DNA from: Paragordius varius
Taxonomy: Eukaryota; Animalia; Nematomorpha
Direction: 5' to 3'
DNA length: 64,000 nt
Assembly (NCBI GenBank): GCA_964247055.1
Contig: OZ176054.1
Location: forward strand, 13,392,001-13,456,000
Below are positions 37,841 to 50,942 of this stretch, piece after piece; the stretch's first letter is position 1; the number at the start of each line of letters is the position of its first letter. The position numbers and the translations under genes are program-made. The notes under the pieces were generated by a model, which searched no databases, was not told the origin of the DNA, and was given only the letters and a program-made list of their open reading frames with translations.

Positions 37841-39317
37841 TAATTAAATTTTAACATATATTTTTGGTAATTTAACATTAATTTAAATAGGTTTAAGGTT
37901 ATTTTTTAGCGAATTATATTGGAATATTGTTTGCTATTTGGATTAGAAATCGAATTTTCGCGTTTATCATAACAAAAACCCAAAAACGTTTGTTTATGTG
38001 AAATTTAATATTGTTTGAATATATAATTTTTAAGTATTTGATCAAAAGATATAGTCAAAGCTCAGTTTTTATGCCCATTTTATTTTAATAACTTTCTCTT
38101 ATATGGCATTTTTCTGTTCTCTTTCCCAAATCCCAATACTCACTCTATTCAAATACTTGAGTTTAAACAAAAACAAATTATAAATTTTGAGTCACTATTT
38201 TTAACACAGATCGGTTTACTTAAAATTAATTATATAACTTATAAATTTATTTGAAAGTTCATCTTAGTTTTATAATATATTCCATCTTTCTAAAATATAT
38301 GATGTCAATATTTATTTAAATGTTGTAAAACAGATTTGGAAATCAATGTTTACAAAACAGTTACCAATTTTAGAGTAAAATCTTTTTGTATGTAAAGCGA
38401 CCAATTTGGCCCTTCTAAAATAAAAACAACAAGAAAGCTATGAAAGTTTAAACTTTTAAAACCCAATTTTCAATAAACTAAATTTCTCTCACGAATCAAA
38501 AAAGTACTATCAACAAATAAAGGTATACAGTAGTGTATGGTAAGAAACAATTAATGGTTTAAATTAAATAATTCCATGTTTTATTATTTATTGTGTTAAT
38601 TAATTTATGGCCAAACTTACTTAAAAGCATACCCTCCTGTATTTCAACTTTTTTGAATGTAAATTTTTTATTAAAATCCAGTATCGATTAACTACATCGC
38701 ACTATATTGTTAAAACCTTTTATAAGTATAGAATCTGATTTAAGGTAACTTTCTTATTGATGTATGTCATATTTGTGTAGAAACATCAGACAGAACAAAC
38801 AAATTTATAAAATTAAAAAAAACCCTTCAGTCTTTTTATATACTGTATATATGTACATAAATTAATTAAAAATTATTTTACATATGCATGTTTTTTATAA
38901 TTAATCAAATGCGTGCCTACATGATATGTTCACGTGTAAAAAAAACACTTGCGATTTTTGTATTAAAATAAGTAAAACTTTTGTTAATCATAATTAACTT
39001 GTTAAAATCAATCATTTTATGTATTACAAAACTTGTAATTGAATCCAATCAAAGAAATTTTTGTAAGATTTCTATCTTTCATTTTAAAATTTTAAGTACA
39101 AAATTGAGTTTTAAAACCAAACCTTCACTATATGGGTTGTACTCTTGTAATTTGCATAAGAATAATCTTTTTTTTCAGTTACAAATTTACTCAAATATAA
39201 AAGGCTATATACGAACATTTTTTTGAATATATAAGATATTCCTTCTTTTTGCATTCAAAAAAATTAATTTACATATAATATCTAATTTTAATTTCACGCT
39301 ATAATAATTCAAATCAC

Positions 39318-40196
39318 ATGTACTTGAATCAACAAAATCATAATTCTACACTTAAACATTTAAACGAAAACATATTTGTTGGAAATGGTCATAGTGTATC
39401 TCCTTCTCCCTTATTGTCGCAAAAATTGTCTCAAGTTTCCAAAAATCCAAAACTCTTTTCAAACTGTAATAATGCCCTATGCTCGGAATCAAATGAATTG
39501 TCGTCTACTTATTCGTATAGTAGTCTAGATTCGCCTTTATCAGATGTCGCAACTTTTCAACTTTGTCCCATGTCAACTTATATAAAACAAGATCCAAAAC
39601 AATGTAGCAATCTAATTATTAACGATAAAGATATTGATGATTTTTTGGATGAAATTTCACTGACCAGTTATCCCTCCTCAGAAAACCAGTATGTTTGTGC
39701 AAACATTGAAGCTCAAAATGAAAACATGCCAGAACATGACGGAATCGATTGTTATCGAAATATTTCAAAGCGAATTCCAAGTAATAATCCATTTAGTAAT
39801 ATGAATGGAACAATTGAACAAACTAATATGCAGACTGGTTCTGTTGATATTTCAGAGGGATATAATGGAAAAATGAACGCCAGACCACCTCCTATATTAA
39901 TTGTTCGCAAAAATAATGGAATAAATCTCAACTTTAGGCAAAATATGCCAGAAATTGTTTCTAAAACACCATATACTGATAACTGCATTGAACCAAAAAA
40001 TTTAATTACACAATCTTACAATTATTATAATAAAGAAAAAAATAATTTAGTGCTTTCAAATCCTAATGAAACAGTAAATGAACTGACCAATCCGAAAGCC
40101 TGGTGCCTGAAATTATCCTTAAACTTATGCATTCAATCTGAAAATTTTAAATCTATTACGGGTAATAATTTCATTTTCGACACCTTTTTAAGTTAA
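39318..40196 (+). CDS. Orphan 292-aa Ser/Asn-rich ORF (single exon or large exon)
   Basis: Longest ORF in the window; an 879-nt open frame is unlikely by chance at this AT content. Natural-looking composition; no domain recognised. Confidence 0.6.
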   Translation: MYLNQQNHNSTLKHLNENIFVGNGHSVSPSPLLSQKLSQVSKNPKLFSNCNNALCSESNELSSTYSYSSLDSPLSDVATFQLCPMSTYIKQDPKQCSNLIINDKDIDDFLDEISLTSYPSSENQYVCANIEAQNENMPEHDGIDCYRNISKRIPSNNPFSNMNGTIEQTNMQTGSVDISEGYNGKMNARPPPILIVRKNNGINLNFRQNMPEIVSKTPYTDNCIEPKNLITQSYNYYNKEKNNLVLSNPNETVNELTNPKAWCLKLSLNLCIQSENFKSITGNNFIFDTFLS

Positions 40197-40710
40197 TATT
40201 TTGATTAATACAAGAAAATTCAACAATATTAATGATTTTCTTGGTTTTAAAAGGCTTTATGCATTTTTAGAGTTTCATCTATAGAAATTGTTTGAGCAAA
40301 TATTTATTTTAAGAGGTAAATATTGTAATTAGAGCCATTCAATATAGAAGTGTTTAATATGTACATTAAAAAATGGCTTTAGGCCTATGTGCATATAATT
40401 AATTACCACTCGATGCAATAATAGTCTATTGGTCCTAATTATTGATTCGATTCAGATTATCGATCATTATTTGGCTGCTAATCGTTTATTATTTATGTTT
40501 CATAAGATATAGGTATATATATATATATATACATTTAAGGCTAATATCATAAAACTACCATATATTTTTTATCCTGATTATTTTCCCCGGTTTGTTGAAA
40601 GGGACAGTTTCTTGCGTCATTAAACTATTTTGATAACAAGAGAGCCTCGATATCTCAATTTAACAAATTTCAATTTATACTTAAAATCTAAATTGATAGT
40701 TTGTGTGCTA

Positions 40711-41169
40711 CAGTAGAAAAATTATACGGACAAAATGTAAAAATATAAAGAAAATTTTTTTTCCGAAAGACAACCATACTTTTTCAACCCTAAATTTATC
40801 ATATGAAACCATTTACAGTCATGTTTCCTTTATTTTATCAAAAAATTATTTTCTTTCGTTAAATGGGTATAATATTTGGTAAAAAATGGAATAAACAAGA
40901 GCTCTATGGTATTAACAATATCATATTCATCAAAAAGTATAATTACCATTCTTGTTTTTTCCATTCTTTACCAAATATTTATACACACATGACTGTAATA
41001 ATAATAGTATAATATGTCATTGATTATGTCACTAATATATATTCTATTTAACACTTTGCAGTTTAAAACAATGACTTATATTTAAAATAATAAGTTTAAA
41101 ATAATATGGTTGTCTTTTGAAAAAAATTGTTATATTTACATTTTGTCCATATATTTTTAATTTCTACTG
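40711..41169. mobile_element. Family A MITE interrupted by a nested 180-bp MITE (40816-40995)
   Basis: Host arms are intact on both sides. The insert is TA|CAGTCATG...CATGACTG|TA with internal inverted repeats. Confidence 0.8.
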
Positions 41170-42050
41170 TTAAAGGGCATTATTAAGAATTAGACAAAAC
41201 GTAATAACCAAATAACAAATATTTTTCCTAAAAACAACCTCAAACCTTGTTTTCATACATAAACTATACATTAAAATTTGAAATGATGTAATTCAAATTA
41301 CCAATTTACATCTCTGATTCCCATTTCGTTAACCAAACAATGATTTTTATTTGAAAAAATTAAAATTTAAAATCTGTGGTTGTCTTTTGATTTTTATCTT
41401 AAATTTTAAAGTTTTGCCTGTATATTTTATAATTTTAAGAATTTTTAAAATTAGATGCGCACGAATATTTTTAGAGGTTGCGTAGGATGGGGCTTTAATC
41501 TTATGTAAAAAACAAGTATTTTTCAATATAAAACTCTAAAAAAATATCCGTTATCATTGATATTTTTTAAGGTAATTATTTTTAAATCGCTTTAATTTTA
41601 TCAGTATTAAAAAGAGAAGTATTAATATCAAGAAATGCAGATATTAATAGAGCTAAACTATGCTTTACAATGGTTATTATGAAATGGCGTATTTAACATA
41701 GAATGAAGTCTACCCAGTTAATTTGAAAAAGTGCTGGCTAATTTTAGATTCTATACCGTATACCTAAAAACCCGATTTTTAGATCCCACGTGTTTCCCGA
41801 GAATTTACTCCTAAGCCACGTTATTTTTATATGATATTTCGTGTTTCACAGAGTGCTCAGCCCTATCCAGTGGTAAAAGACAGAATCCCTCGGCTATTCT
41901 ATTTAAACATTATTATTATATACAGTCTCATAACTTGGCGCAAATTGATTTTTACATATAAGTAAGATTAACAAATGATTATCACAAAAAACAAAGAATA
42001 TTATAATGAAAAAAATGATTAGCACATGGTTAAAAAAGTATAAATACACC

Positions 42051-42454
42051 ATATACTCCCCTTGATGAATCCTTTCTGTTGTATCTACTAATTTATAATA
42101 TTTTTTAACTATGTGCCCATCATTTTTTTCATTTAAATATTCATCTGTTTTTATTTGATAATCATTTGTTAATCTTACTGATGCCTGCATATTTAGCAAA
42201 GAGTGGAGATGATCTTCCAGCTGATTTAAAAAAGCAATCTTGATTTTTCAATCAATAAAACTTTTAATTAAACCACATAGTCTCTTATTTATGCGAATCT
42301 GTTTTAAAGCACGTTTATTTTTATTATAGTGTATGCAACATAGGGTGGCCTGCCAAGGGTCCAATTCAAAAGACACAAGAGAATGTGACCTTTTATCATT
42401 TTTGCCCGTGATGACATATTGATGTTTTATATCCCAGGGCTCAATCTTGTAATT
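42051..42454 (-). CDS. Probable exons of an unidentified minus-strand gene (~42454-42313 and 42220-42051)
   Basis: Open frames FNYKIEPWDIKHQY..DPWQATLCCIH and LEDHLHSLLNMQ..IHQGEYM with plausible phase-0 splice sites; gene ends not found. Confidence 0.35.
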
Positions 42455-43375
42455 AAACTACTCTATTGAAAGTTATTTACGTTATAATTTAAATATCAAA
42501 CATTATTTTCATGTAAGGGTTTAAAAAGCTAATATTTTTTGCAGTTGTGAACATCTAGTTTAGAATTTCAACAGCTTCAAATCTCGATTAAACTAGACAG
42601 CTTATTTTAAAATAAATATTAAGAATTTGCTGGTAAAATGCCATCTGAAATGCTAGAGTCTTTTTTTAAACTTTCTAACCGTAATATTTATTTGCCGATT
42701 GTATTAGCGATTCGAAATTTAAATTAAAAAAAATGGTGGAAAAAGTTTAAGATGAAACTTTTTATTATGCGCCTAAAAAGCTAAAGAAAGCAATCCAGCC
42801 TAACACCTTACCTTATTAAGATATTTAAATTCCGATTTTGTATAAAACTAGTTCAAAAGGTCATTTAGTGTTAATTTTGATTATTAAATACCCTTAATCA
42901 ACGGGTAAATTTTTTCACCGAACTATTTTTGATAGACAAACTTTTTTTAAAATCGGAACTGATAGAAGCAATCAGCATCTACAAATTATGTGAAAAATGT
43001 GTTTTGTATATCTTAGAATATTTCTTACCGTTTCTTCAAGACTTTAAAAAGCTAATTACAATAATGTTTACCAAAAAAATTTTTTATAAGCAAAGTATTT
43101 ATTTTCTAATAAAATGACATTGATATATGTCATTATCTGGCACAACTGTGGGTAATTTCAGATTTTGGCGTCTATTTAAAAGAGATTTCTGAAAGATATT
43201 TTTATATCTGTCATAAATATAATCTTGATTATTTTCTTTAAATAAATATTATATAATATATATATTATAGGTTATTTTTATACCCTCAATTTGAACACCC
43301 AAATAGAAATATATTTTGCCGAATCTATGTTATAATTTAAATATGATATATTAAAAATAAAAATGGGAATATTAA

Positions 43376-43953
43376 CCCTTCAATTCGAATTGGGATATCT
43401 AAATACCCCAGACTGAACTTAATTTAATATTTTTAAAAAACTACTGGAGGAAACGGCAATTTAAATTTATGCTTCTATTCTGATAAATATTATATAAATA
43501 TGCCAAAATATCTTGATAAAATTTTATTTTGAAAAAAAAGTTACATCTCAAACTACTTCGACGCCATTTTTATTTTACTAAATTTTTGCAAAATATCGTC
43601 TTTATTTAACTTTAAGGGTAAAACCAAAGCTAATTTTTAATATAAATTACATCTAACGATGATAGAAATAGAAAAAGCGGTCTAATTTATATTATTTTTA
43701 ATTTTACCATTTGACACATGTCACGTTGACGAAATTTTTACCTTTCGGTTTTAGCTTAAAATAAGTAATATTAAGTATTTTAGAGTAAATTTTTTTATAT
43801 GTTTCGGTTTATTAATGTTATATAAGTGCAAAATTTTGCCAAGGTGTCGATTTCTTTCATATTTTTTAAAGTATTTGATTTTAAACAGGCCTGGGGTATC
43901 CAACTACCCCAATTTGAATCGAAGGACTTAAATGAGTGTATTGTATCCAAGTG
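43376..43953. mobile_element. Family B piggyBac-like MITE, copy 2
   Basis: TTAA|CCCTTCAATTCGAATTGGG...ATCCAAGTG|TTAA. Confidence 0.8.
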
Positions 43954-44147
43954 TTAATATTACTATTTTTATAATTTATATAATCATATGATTTTTATCT
44001 GTACATGAAATCATCGGTATATTCGAAATCGATACGAAGGTTAAAATATTTTTGAGTTTTTTTTCCTATATAATTTTTGCAGTAATTATTTTATTATAAT
44101 TAATATTAAAATTTTCCTGTTATTAAATAAAATTTTTTAATATTTAG

Positions 44148-45231
44148 CTTTGATTTCCGAATATACGAAGAAAAGTATTCCTACTTTAACCAGAAATTCA
44201 ACCAATTTTGACAAAGCTTCAGAGTGTAATAACGACTCTCTCAACACCGAATCAACTTTTAAAACATTGAAGGAAAACCTAACGCATTATATAAGGTAAG
44301 CTATAACTTTTATTTTACATTTTTAACAATACCATTATCTTTGAGATTTTTTCAAGCCCAGAATTATTAAAAGATTTAAAAACATTAATCAGATTAGACT
44401 GAATATGTAATAGCTTTTAAATTATTAATTATCTTTTTATAAAAAAATGATATCGCCAAACTTTTTAATTTTTTTTAGATTTTAGTAAACCGCTAAACAC
44501 ACTATAATAAATATTAAAATTAATTCCAACCGGGCCAAATTTGGGTATGCTTTTATAGCGAATGCGCTAAAATTTAAAATTGGAAAAAATATCTTTTACT
44601 TTTTCGCCCTACTTTGGATTATTTTATATTGTTAATGGTCAAATAAACCTATATTATGGTTTGATAATATAAATAATTAACTTTGAAAATTTCACTGTAC
44701 ATTTTAGTGGTAAAAGCTTGAAAAATATTGGTTTAATAAGCTATCTGTTTCAATCAGGCATTGGATTCGTTTTAATTTGGAACTCTAGTAGTTGAAAAAA
44801 ACTAGTAAAAGTATCGGCATTTTTTACAGGAGAACAATGTTTGAATGTCATAAATTAAAACAACTTCTAAAACATTATTTACAAGTTTAAGCACGAGGGT
44901 ATAAAATTACTCCAAAATATAGTCGTCTACAAAAATGAAATATAGTTAACCGTAATTTTAACCTATATTAAACCATTTAAAATGAGTTTTTTTGTTTAAT
45001 AGTATACGAACAAATGTAGTCTTTGATGATCAATGTTACAAAATGCATTTTGGCATTACATATATATCATTGCAAGTTTTGTGCTTTAGTATAAAAAATA
45101 ATGAAGCACTACTCGCCAAAAAGATTGAACGACCAAATAAAATATTTTTAGGTCTCTATGGCAAGCGCCAGAAAATACCAACAATAACATGGCTGTTTGA
45201 CACATATATGCAGTATTTATGCTTTAAATAA
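44148..45231 (+). CDS. 3' exons of an unidentified gene (44148-44295, 45003-45231)
   Basis: TTTAG acceptor, strong AG|GTAAGC donor, and a phase-2 join into the 79-aa ORF ending at 45231. Confidence 0.4.
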
Positions 45232-45305
45232 ATACCTCAAGAGATTATAAAATTTAGGGCCATAAAAAGACGCGTTTAGGGACGCGGTTCGAGTTCCACT
45301 GAATA

Positions 45306-46693
45306 ATGTGTCAAGAAACAAGAAATATAATATGTCTACTTTTTAACTAATTAGGTCTTACACAGATACTTGTGATTGCTGCTGCGTTGATCAACCCAAT
45401 TCAAACTTGGAAAAGAAACCGTCCGCTGTGGAAATGGATAGCAAATATGAAAAAAGTGATTACAACACAACACCACCACCTCATCAGGTAATACATCACA
45501 ATCACTCACATGCCCCAACATGTCCCATGTATAACCACAACCATAAAAATGGGAATAATTCCTTCTTGAAATCTCCCACTCTTTCCGCTTGCCTCAACGG
45601 TGTCTGCAACTTGGGATCCAAAACCCTAGAAGTTTTACCGGCTCGTGCCCAAAAATTTGTGCATGATGGAACACAATGCGGTACACAATACTACAACACA
45701 TTGCAAAAACAACTAAGCACCAATTATGAAAAACTGCAAGGCACTGAAGGTTATCGATCTATGCGACAATTTTTGAAGGATCGCCCGCTTGTATCGTTTG
45801 TGAGCGCAACTGTTTTGCTATTTACCTTTTTCCCCCTTATTACATTCCTTAGCTTTGTGCTTGGATCGTTTTGTTTTACCCTGTTTGGATTCATTATGAT
45901 TGAAGGTATATCTAATACCTAAAAAATGTCTTCCAGTGTATTGCTTAAGGAAACTAACTTTTTATTTAAAGCTGTAGGTTATGGTTTATACTTTCTTTTG
46001 TTTATTTTATAATAAAATATTTCATACTATTCAGGTACGCTATTATCCATTGCAACTATCATCGCCTTTTCATCCATTACCATTTTGGCTTGGATTGGTT
46101 TACTGGTTGCCGTTGGACTTTTACTGGCTTACACGGTTACATCACGTATCGTACACTTTTTCCGGGGTACTCTCATTCCTCGTGGCAAAGAGCGAGCAAA
46201 TTCAGCCTATTGCTTTTTTCGTTCCCACATCCCCAAAACACTATTTTTGGATGATACTGGTTCCAACGGTATTTCTGCCTGTAAATGCTGTCAAGCAGGC
46301 ACGAATGCTGAGTCGATGTGTCACACATGTACAAAAACTCTTAATAATAGCCATCAAAGAGTTGTGGGTTTGGTTGAGTCAAATCATTCTCCTTATCATT
46401 ACGGTCCACGTAATGCTAAGGATAGTGATGATGACAACGCTAAACCCATCGATATGGCTAGTCACAGCAATACTTTTAACCATAACAATAGTACCAATAG
46501 TAATACGTATTTTCGAAGGAATATCACATCCTCGAATAATACCTATAATGGGCGCACGGCCCCATCTAATCACTATTATACGTCCAGTCCGACAAATACT
46601 GTCATCACTTCTTCGGTCAAGACGGAAAAGGCATCGAGAGAGACCAACACGGGACTGCCTCCGACTTTGGGGGATTCTACGACCAATTTTTAA
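45306..46693 (+). CDS. LDAF1: Promethin/LDAF1 (TMEM159)-like lipid droplet assembly factor with long N- and C-terminal extensions
   Basis: Exons 45306-45333 (tentative), 45366-45905, 46035-46693. The joined segment RQFLKDRPLVSFVSATVLLFTFFPLITFLSFVLGSFCFTLFGFIMIEG|TLLSIATIIAFSSITILAWIGLLVAVG matches the recalled LDAF1 core [55 protein letters not shown]. Confidence 0.75.
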
Positions 46694-49334
46694 GCGCCTA
46701 TCCAGTACCCCACAAATATGACGACGACATTGGATTGTGATGGTTTTTTAAAAAACTAAAACTACTTTTTTTATTGGAAATCACCACATACTTTTTGTCT
46801 TTTAATCATTTTAAATTAAACGATGTAATTAAATGTTTTTCGACTTTTTACTTTGCTTAAATAAAAAATTAAGCATGCTTGCATGCTATCTCTGCTCAAT
46901 ACAATTATCTCGCTACTGTTTGTAAAATATTATTTTATTTACGCCTAATTGCATTAGATTGTTGTTTGCGCTAATATTACTTATCTATCTACCTAATATT
47001 CTCAATAACTTGAGGCATAATTGCATATTATTTTGATTTCATTCAACCGATTATGGTAAAACACCGAGTACAATTGTAAATATCTTGTGTGCAAAACAAT
47101 TCTATTTTAATTATGCCGTCTGTATATTCTATACTTTTATATAGTTTATAAATTGTGGCAATTAGTATTATATAAATAGAAATGTACATATATATATAAT
47201 TATTCGTATTTAATAAATTTACACAAATTTATTTTTATCAATTCAAAATCTGATCTATCGATAAGACTGGACTGTCATTACAATATGCGTGTGGTTTTGG
47301 TAAACAAAGGTGTCTGTTGAAGGTCAAATAATATTTTAAGCTTAACGTTATGTCCAAAGTTTTGTTGATAATCAATTTATCAAAAGATAAACACAGTTAT
47401 GAACACATCTAAAGATTGTCCAAAAAAATGATGAGGCCAAATTATAAACAATGTAAAATTACAAATGATAATTTGTATTGCTTGGATATTTTTATTGTTA
47501 TAAGTTATAACGGTTATGATTAAGTGTTTTGATCGTATATTTTTTTATTTATTTACAAATCTGTTCGTAGCCAATATGTCTCGAATGAAGTATAGGTTTA
47601 ATTTTTTTAATATTTGAAACTTTTGTACTATTTATAGAGATGACCAGCTTCGCTATCGACAAAATGGAATTATTAATATATTAAAATTAAAAGAATAAAT
47701 ATGTTAATCAAAAAGGGTCCTACCCAGTGTAATATAATTGCTTGAGTATATGCCATTATGACCAAAATGTTTAACATTATTGAATTCATATAATTATATG
47801 GTCAGAAATTTTGTTTTAAGAGATGGCATATTTTATAAAAGCAGGGGCCTACACACTTTAAAATTTATATTTAACGAGAATTAGCTAACAAGATTATCGA
47901 ATCTTTATGATTTGATAAGTTATTAATATTGCTTTAATGCTATTTTTATATGGGAGCGTATTGTACGAACGGTACCTTGGCCAAAGGCTACTATAAGTTG
48001 GAATAAAAATACAGGAAATAATCTTCATTAAATCCATATGGCTACAAAGGTTTTCTGCAGGCTGATTTCATAATCAAGCTGTTTTGTATGGTGGCACATT
48101 TAGATTCACCACATATTTTATGAAAAGCTCTTAACTAAAATCTTTTCCTTTATACTACGCGATACACCTAAAACCATTTTTGATTTTGTATAGTCAGCTA
48201 ACTTGAGATAGAAATTGCTAGCCACGTTGCTTTACCAAGCGGCATATACAACATGTCGACCCCTACACACAGGTGTATGTAATAAATGGCCATATAACCT
48301 TTGTATAGGAAATGGCTATAACCCTGATTGAATCCTTATGATATCTTTATTTTCCAAAATAAAAATAATATACAGTTTAGAGTCTCTTTTTACCTTTTTA
48401 ATTTAAAATAAAGGACTTAATTGTATCTAGACTGTAAAGGCTTTAACACTCGCCTGCCTGCCCAGGGCTGACAGTGATGATGAAAAAATTGCGTAGTTTC
48501 AGGGTTTGAACTCTGGCACGCAGTGTGCGAGTTCAAGCCCTACCTCCCGAAAATTTGTTTAAAACCACGTGCGACGCAATTTAAACAATGCGGAATACTA
48601 CTTGGGTGTTAATATTGGAAAAATTAAAATAAAAATTATTTCCCGAAGGTTCCATTTTCCAGTAAAAAAAGCTATAAAACCACGTTACTTTAGTGAAGTG
48701 TTTTATAGAGAGAATTAATTCTACCCATTACCTATTTTAATATTAGCGCTGAAAATTTTCTAACTTTATATTGAAAACATCTAAAGCCCATATTTAGGCA
48801 TTTGTTTTAAAGCGAAGTTTACGTTTTTTTTATATGAATTTTACAGAGGATTTTACCCAGCGGCTAATGTTAGAAAAACACCGGATTGCTTTCATATTAG
48901 GAAAATTTAAAATTTGGGGGTAATTATAATCTCACAACTTGAGCAAAAATAATTTTATGGATTTTTTGAAAAAAAATGTCATTTTACATGGGTAAGCTAA
49001 AAAGGGAACTAATTTACAAAGCAGGTCTACTATATTCGGATTCGTAATAAATTCATTTACAAATGGCTATAAGACACGGTTTTGAAGCCAGTTTTTTTAA
49101 TACTCTTTTAGACAAGTTGGGTATCTGAAGCCGTTCGACCAATTTATAAAGGAATTGATATTCAGCACTTTATACAACAGGCAAAAAAAAATTTTCGATC
49201 TTTTTAAAGCCAACATCCCATATATTATTTAGGGACTGATTAGGGTCCATAATTAATTACAGCAATCCTTTGTTAAAATATTATTTTCAATAGACATCAA
49301 CAACCCAAATTCAATCAACTGATATACATTATTT

Positions 49335-49600
49335 ACTGTAACAATTGGCAAAAATATAAAGACACATATTTTTTTAAAAAGACAACCATACTTTTTAATC
49401 TTGATTTTTTTAATATAACTCATTGTTCTAAACTAAAAATTATAATATAGCAATGTAAATTGGTAACACAATCAATTATGTATTTTACGATTGTAATTAA
49501 ATGTTTTTTATTGGATAAATTAAGAAGTTATGGGGATGTGTTTTGATAAAAAATATGTATTTATATTTTTACATTTTGTCCGTATAATTTCAATTTTATG
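49335..49600. mobile_element. Family A MITE, degenerate
   Basis: AAAGACAACCATACTTTTT and TTTTGTCCGTATAATTTCAATT arms. Confidence 0.7.
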
Positions 49601-50942
49601 TAATACCATAATCCGATACAAATTCCTGTCTCATAAATGTCCAAAAAACTATGAAAACAATTTATAATTTACCCATTTTTTGGCAATGTAACATTGCACA
49701 ACTTATTTTATCAACAAATTTCAAAAATTTTAGGTATTAACCACGTTACCATGATATATAAAAAACGCTAATGAAGAAAATACAGTTCGAACTACCTGTC
49801 TGGTTTAAAAGGCTATTATTAGAATAATTGATGCTGAGTTTATTGAACTGCTCAACAATGATAAAATAGCCAATAAAAAATTTGCCTATTTTACATTTTT
49901 TGATTTTAATAATAATAATAACTTTCGTAATGATCGGATTGTATGTAGTTATAGGATGCGTAATTCTAAGTGAAGCAGCAACACTACCCGCAGGTTATAT
50001 ATCTGGCAAAATTATACTGTAATACATATAAGATGAATAATTCCCAAATAATTTTGAGAATATATTACTTAAAATTGTCTTATATAATTTTTATTTTATT
50101 TTTGATAACCTAAAAAATGGGATTTTTAGGCAAAAATAATTTTTTACACAAAATATTTTTTGCCTTTACAAGTGCCAAAGTTTATCTACTTTATAGTAAA
50201 AATTTATACAAATATTAAAACGTTCAACCATACATCTATAAACATATTTGATTATTAACATCTTTCCATATTTTGCGACCCAAAGCCATAAATATATGAA
50301 TGTTTTAAAAATTTTATACCATTATTAATACGAAATGTATTTTATTTATTTAAATCAAATGACAAAAACACTCATACCAGATTGATAATTATGTTTATAA
50401 GCTGGATGTATTATGCGTTCTTTCTTAAAACCGATCCCTTTGAAAATTATAGTGTTTGAAACAAAACAAAGCGTGCAAACTAAAATATAATTTGTTTTTT
50501 TTTCAAAACAAGCCATTTAACCCTTTTGTTTTATGTTTTTCTAGATCAAATGTATGTGTCTTACCAATTTAAATCTCTATCTCTACTTATCAATTTATAA
50601 CAAAAAATTAATTAGAAAAGAAATCAATATTACAGTAAAAACTGAAATTATACGGACAAACGCAATAATACAAAGACTAATATTTGTTTCTAAAAGACAT
50701 CCATACCTTTTTAAACCTTAATTTATCCTAAATCATATTATAACAATCGTAAAAAATATGATTGATTGTGTTACCTATGTACATCTCTATTTCAAAAAAC
50801 GATTTGTCTTTATATTTTTACGTTTTGTCCGTATAATTAAAATACACCTTTCTTTGTAGAAAAAAATTATCTTTATGTTTTTACGTTTTGTCTTTATAAT
50901 TTCTATAAATTCCATTAATACAAAAAAATTTGTCCATATAAG

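Noticed and set aside
45270-45300. tRNA gene (GGTTCGAGTTCC T-loop-like motif)
   Set aside because: No acceptor, D or anticodon stems could be folded.
45981-46721. 246-aa ORF overlapping LDAF1 exon 3
   Set aside because: Alternative frame of a GC-richer exon; the other frame joins in phase to the promethin core.
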